Assembly (NCBI GenBank): GCA_035513815.1
Contig: DATKBU010000104.1
Span: forward strand, 1 to 52,610
Direction: 5' to 3'
DNA: 52,610 bases
DNA from: Egibacteraceae bacterium
Lineage (GTDB): Bacteria > Actinomycetota > Nitriliruptoria > Euzebyales > Egibacteraceae
Numbering within the stretch: the stretch's first letter is position 1; every line of letters begins with the position of its first letter. A program made the position numbers and the translations under genes. Positions 50,607-52,610 of this stretch are shown piece after piece. The notes beneath the pieces are model-generated. The model ran no database searches. It was not told the origin of the DNA and saw only the letters and a program-made list of their open reading frames with translations.

Positions 50607-52229
50607 ATGACTGAGACGCTTCCGGATCACGGGCCCGGGCAGTCCCCGCCGCCCGCGTCCGCGCCGAGCGTGCTCCCTGATATCCCCGGGCCGATTCAGA
50701 CGCTGGGGATTCTGTGGCGCAAGCTGCGGCGCATGTCCACGGCCCTGGTGCTGCTGTTCGCCATGGCGGCCGCCGCGGTGGTGGCGACCTTCGTGCCTCA
50801 GGAGCCGGCGACCCCATCGACGGTCGCGCAATGGCGGGCGGGCGAGGCCGGCCCAGGCGCTGACATCGCCCGCGCCTTCGAAGCGCTCGGGCTGTTCGAC
50901 CTGTTCGGGTCGTGGTGGTTCATGACCCTCACCGCGCTGCTGTTCGTCAGCCTCACCGGCTGCCTCGTTCCGCGGTACGCGGCCTTCCTGCGAACCGTCC
51001 GGCGGCCGCCGGCGGCCGGGCGCAATCTCGAACGGCTCGCCAGCAGGCGGGCGCTGCGCACGGCGCTGCCGTCAGATCAGGCGCTGGCGGCCGCCGACCG
51101 CGTGCTGGCCCGGCGACACTTTCGCCGCCTGCGCACCGCGGATGGCCGGCAGCTGGCCGCCGAGCGGGGGCACTGGCGCGAGGGCGGCAGCCTGGCCTTC
51201 CACACCGCGTTCTACCTGCTGCTGACCGGCGCGATCATCGGCCAGACGTTCGGCTTCAGGGGGCAGATCAACCTGCCGGAGGGCGCGGTGTTCGCCGACA
51301 CCCGGATCGCCTACGACCTGGCCGAGCCGGGGCGCGCGTTCGGGCTCGGGGACCACCGCGGATTCGTCGTGCGCCTGGACGACTTCGCCGCCGAGTGGCA
51401 CCCCAACGGCGTCCCGCGCGATTTCGTCTCCACGGTGACGGTGATCGAGGACGGGCAGGAGGTGCGCACCGCGGCCGTGCGCGTCAACCACCCGCTGACC
51501 CACGACGGCATGAAGCTGTACCAGGCGCGCTTCGGCATGGCGCCCAGAATCGTGGTGCGCGCGGGCGAGCGCGTTCTCTACGACGAGCCGGTCATGCTCG
51601 CCGAGACCACCAACGGCCTTTGGACCGGCGTGGCCAAGATCCTGGTGCCCAGCGGCGACGGGCCGCAGCTTGCGCTCGATCTGGTCTTGCTGCCCGACGT
51701 CAGCATCGACGAGCAGGGACGGCTGGTCACCGCCTCGCCCGAGGCGCGCGCCCCGCTGCTGCTCGGCGACCTGTGGACTGGGCAGCTGGGGCTGGAGCGA
51801 AACCTTCCGCCGCGCGAGTTCCTGCGAGCCGACGGCGAGGTCGCAGGGGAGGTCAGCCTGGCCGAGGGCGCTTCGCAGGAGCTGTTGAACGGGGCGCTGA
51901 CGGTCGAGTTCGCCGAGTTGCGCATGTGGTCGGGCTTCCAGGTTTCCCATGCCCCGGGTCGGATGCTGCTGCTGGCGTCCGCGATCCTGCTGCTGGGAGG
52001 GCTGATACCATCGCTGTACAGCTACCGGCGTCGCATCTGGGTGCAGGCGACCCCAGGCGCGTCCGGCGCTCAGACGCACATCGCGGTCGCCGGCGCGGCG
52101 CTGCAGCGCAAGCCCCGCTTCGCTGAGGAGTTCACGGCCATCGCCGACGAGTTGACCAAGGCCCTCGGGGATTCGCCGCCGGCGGCCAGCAGCGCCCGAG
52201 CGACGCGCCAGGACAGGGTGAAGGAGTAG
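50607..52229 (+). CDS. resB: Cytochrome c biogenesis protein ResB/Ccs1
   Basis: LRRMSTALVLL, FGSWWF, a large extracytoplasmic domain, VNHPL and YQ motifs, and a C-terminal TM, in the conserved position between ccdA and ccsA. Confidence 0.85.
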   Translation: MTETLPDHGPGQSPPPASAPSVLPDIPGPIQTLGILWRKLRRMSTALVLLFAMAAAAVVATFVPQEPATPSTVAQWRAGEAGPGADIARAFEALGLFDLFGSWWFMTLTALLFVSLTGCLVPRYAAFLRTVRRPPAAGRNLERLASRRALRTALPSDQALAAADRVLARRHFRRLRTADGRQLAAERGHWREGGSLAFHTAFYLLLTGAIIGQTFGFRGQINLPEGAVFADTRIAYDLAEPGRAFGLGDHRGFVVRLDDFAAEWHPNGVPRDFVSTVTVIEDGQEVRTAAVRVNHPLTHDGMKLYQARFGMAPRIVVRAGERVLYDEPVMLAETTNGLWTGVAKILVPSGDGPQLALDLVLLPDVSIDEQGRLVTASPEARAPLLLGDLWTGQLGLERNLPPREFLRADGEVAGEVSLAEGASQELLNGALTVEFAELRMWSGFQVSHAPGRMLLLASAILLLGGLIPSLYSYRRRIWVQATPGASGAQTHIAVAGAALQRKPRFAEEFTAIADELTKALGDSPPAASSARATRQDRVKE

Positions 52230-52234
52230 GCGCA

Positions 52235-52610
52235 TGGTCGATGAAGGGCTCGCTCAGCTGTCGATCCGGCTGTTCAACATCGCCTTCCTGACCTACATCG
52301 TGGCGATGGCTGCCTATTTCTTCCGCCTCGCTTTCACCCGGGTCTCGGTGTCCGGCGTGCTGACCAGCACCCGCACCGGCCAGCGTGTGGGATTGGCGGC
52401 CACCGGGGCGGCGATCGCTGGCGCGGCGATCCACAGCGGCAGCGTCATCAGCCGGTGGCTGGCAGTCCGACGGGTGCCCTGGGCGAATATGTACGAGTAC
52501 TCCTCGCTGATGGCGCTGACCGCGGTCGTGGTCGGCCTGGTGGTGGTGCAGCGCCGGTTCGGCTACGGGCATCTGATGGGCTTCGTGCTGGCGCTCGCGG
52601 TGCTGTCGAT
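52235..52610 (+). CDS. ccsA: Cytochrome c biogenesis protein CcsA/ResC (5' partial, runs off window)
   Basis: My own translation from the ATG at 52235: MVDEGLAQLSIRLFNIAFLTYIVAMAAYFF...RRVPWANMYEYSSLMAL... This frame stays open to the window end, and the ORF is not in the track because it has no stop. Confidence 0.8.

Noticed and set aside
1-52610. Mobile elements, prophage remnants, tRNA/rRNA genes, toxin-antitoxin or known defence systems.
   Set aside because: I found no integrase, transposase or recombinase motifs and no terminal inverted repeats. I saw no tRNA-like T-loop (GGTTCGAATCC-type) sequences in the intergenic gaps I read, and no nuclease/ATPase defence signatures. Apart from the short AT-richer promoter-like patches, the composition looks uniform. 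This is a by-eye negative and should be confirmed with tRNAscan-SE, Infernal and ISfinder-type tools.

Overview
This is a very GC-rich, gene-dense chromosomal segment of actinobacterial type. Supporting synteny: mshA-ybjN; proC; glutaredoxin-rex-hemA-hemC-cobA/hemD-hemB; hemL-tlpA-ccdA-resB-resC. I call about 60 CDS. Most are co-directional, and many are joined by 1-8 nt stop/start overlaps. I saw no rRNA, tRNA, IS/transposase, integrase or CRISPR array, but this was by eye and no covariance search was possible. Main blocks, in order: (1) 85-3140, a sulfur block: three cysteine-free DsrH/E/F-like proteins, APS reductase CysH, DUF4395, a membrane thioredoxin, and a convergent DsrE-family gene. 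(2) 3271-6334, a gnd-zwf-pgl operon on the minus strand, preceded by a 387-bp structured intergenic region. (3) 6722-22258, housekeeping and redox genes: YgfZ, MFS transporter, Bcp, LMW-PTP, fructosamine kinase, DUF4388, M23 peptidase, an RsiG-type c-di-GMP anti-sigma homologue, asparaginase, MshA, YbjN, PncA, proline dehydrogenase, ProC, AcuC-like deacetylase. (4) 22349-26719, the most unusual locus. It has a mauE-mauD-mauA-like gene order. The MauA-like part is a Tat-exported module with 12 Cys fused to cell-wall-binding (CWB2) repeats. A second CWB2 surface protein lies upstream, and there is no MADH heavy chain, MauG or amicyanin. (5) 26730-28447, a Clp1/Grc3-type P-loop polynucleotide-kinase homologue next to a DUF62 SAM hydroxide adenosyltransferase. 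(6) 30867-43018, the rex-heme biosynthesis cluster, interrupted by a large membrane GAF-GGDEF-EAL protein and an aldo/keto reductase. (7) 43098-52610, a split cytochrome b6/subunit IV - Rieske - dihaem cytochrome c complex. It carries an extra 2x[4Fe-4S] ferredoxin gene and two unknown membrane proteins, is bracketed by two paralogous TlpA/ResA thioredoxins, and is followed by System II cytochrome c biogenesis genes (ccdA, resB, ccsA; the last is truncated by the window end). All family assignments come from motifs I recognise in the translations. No database search was run.
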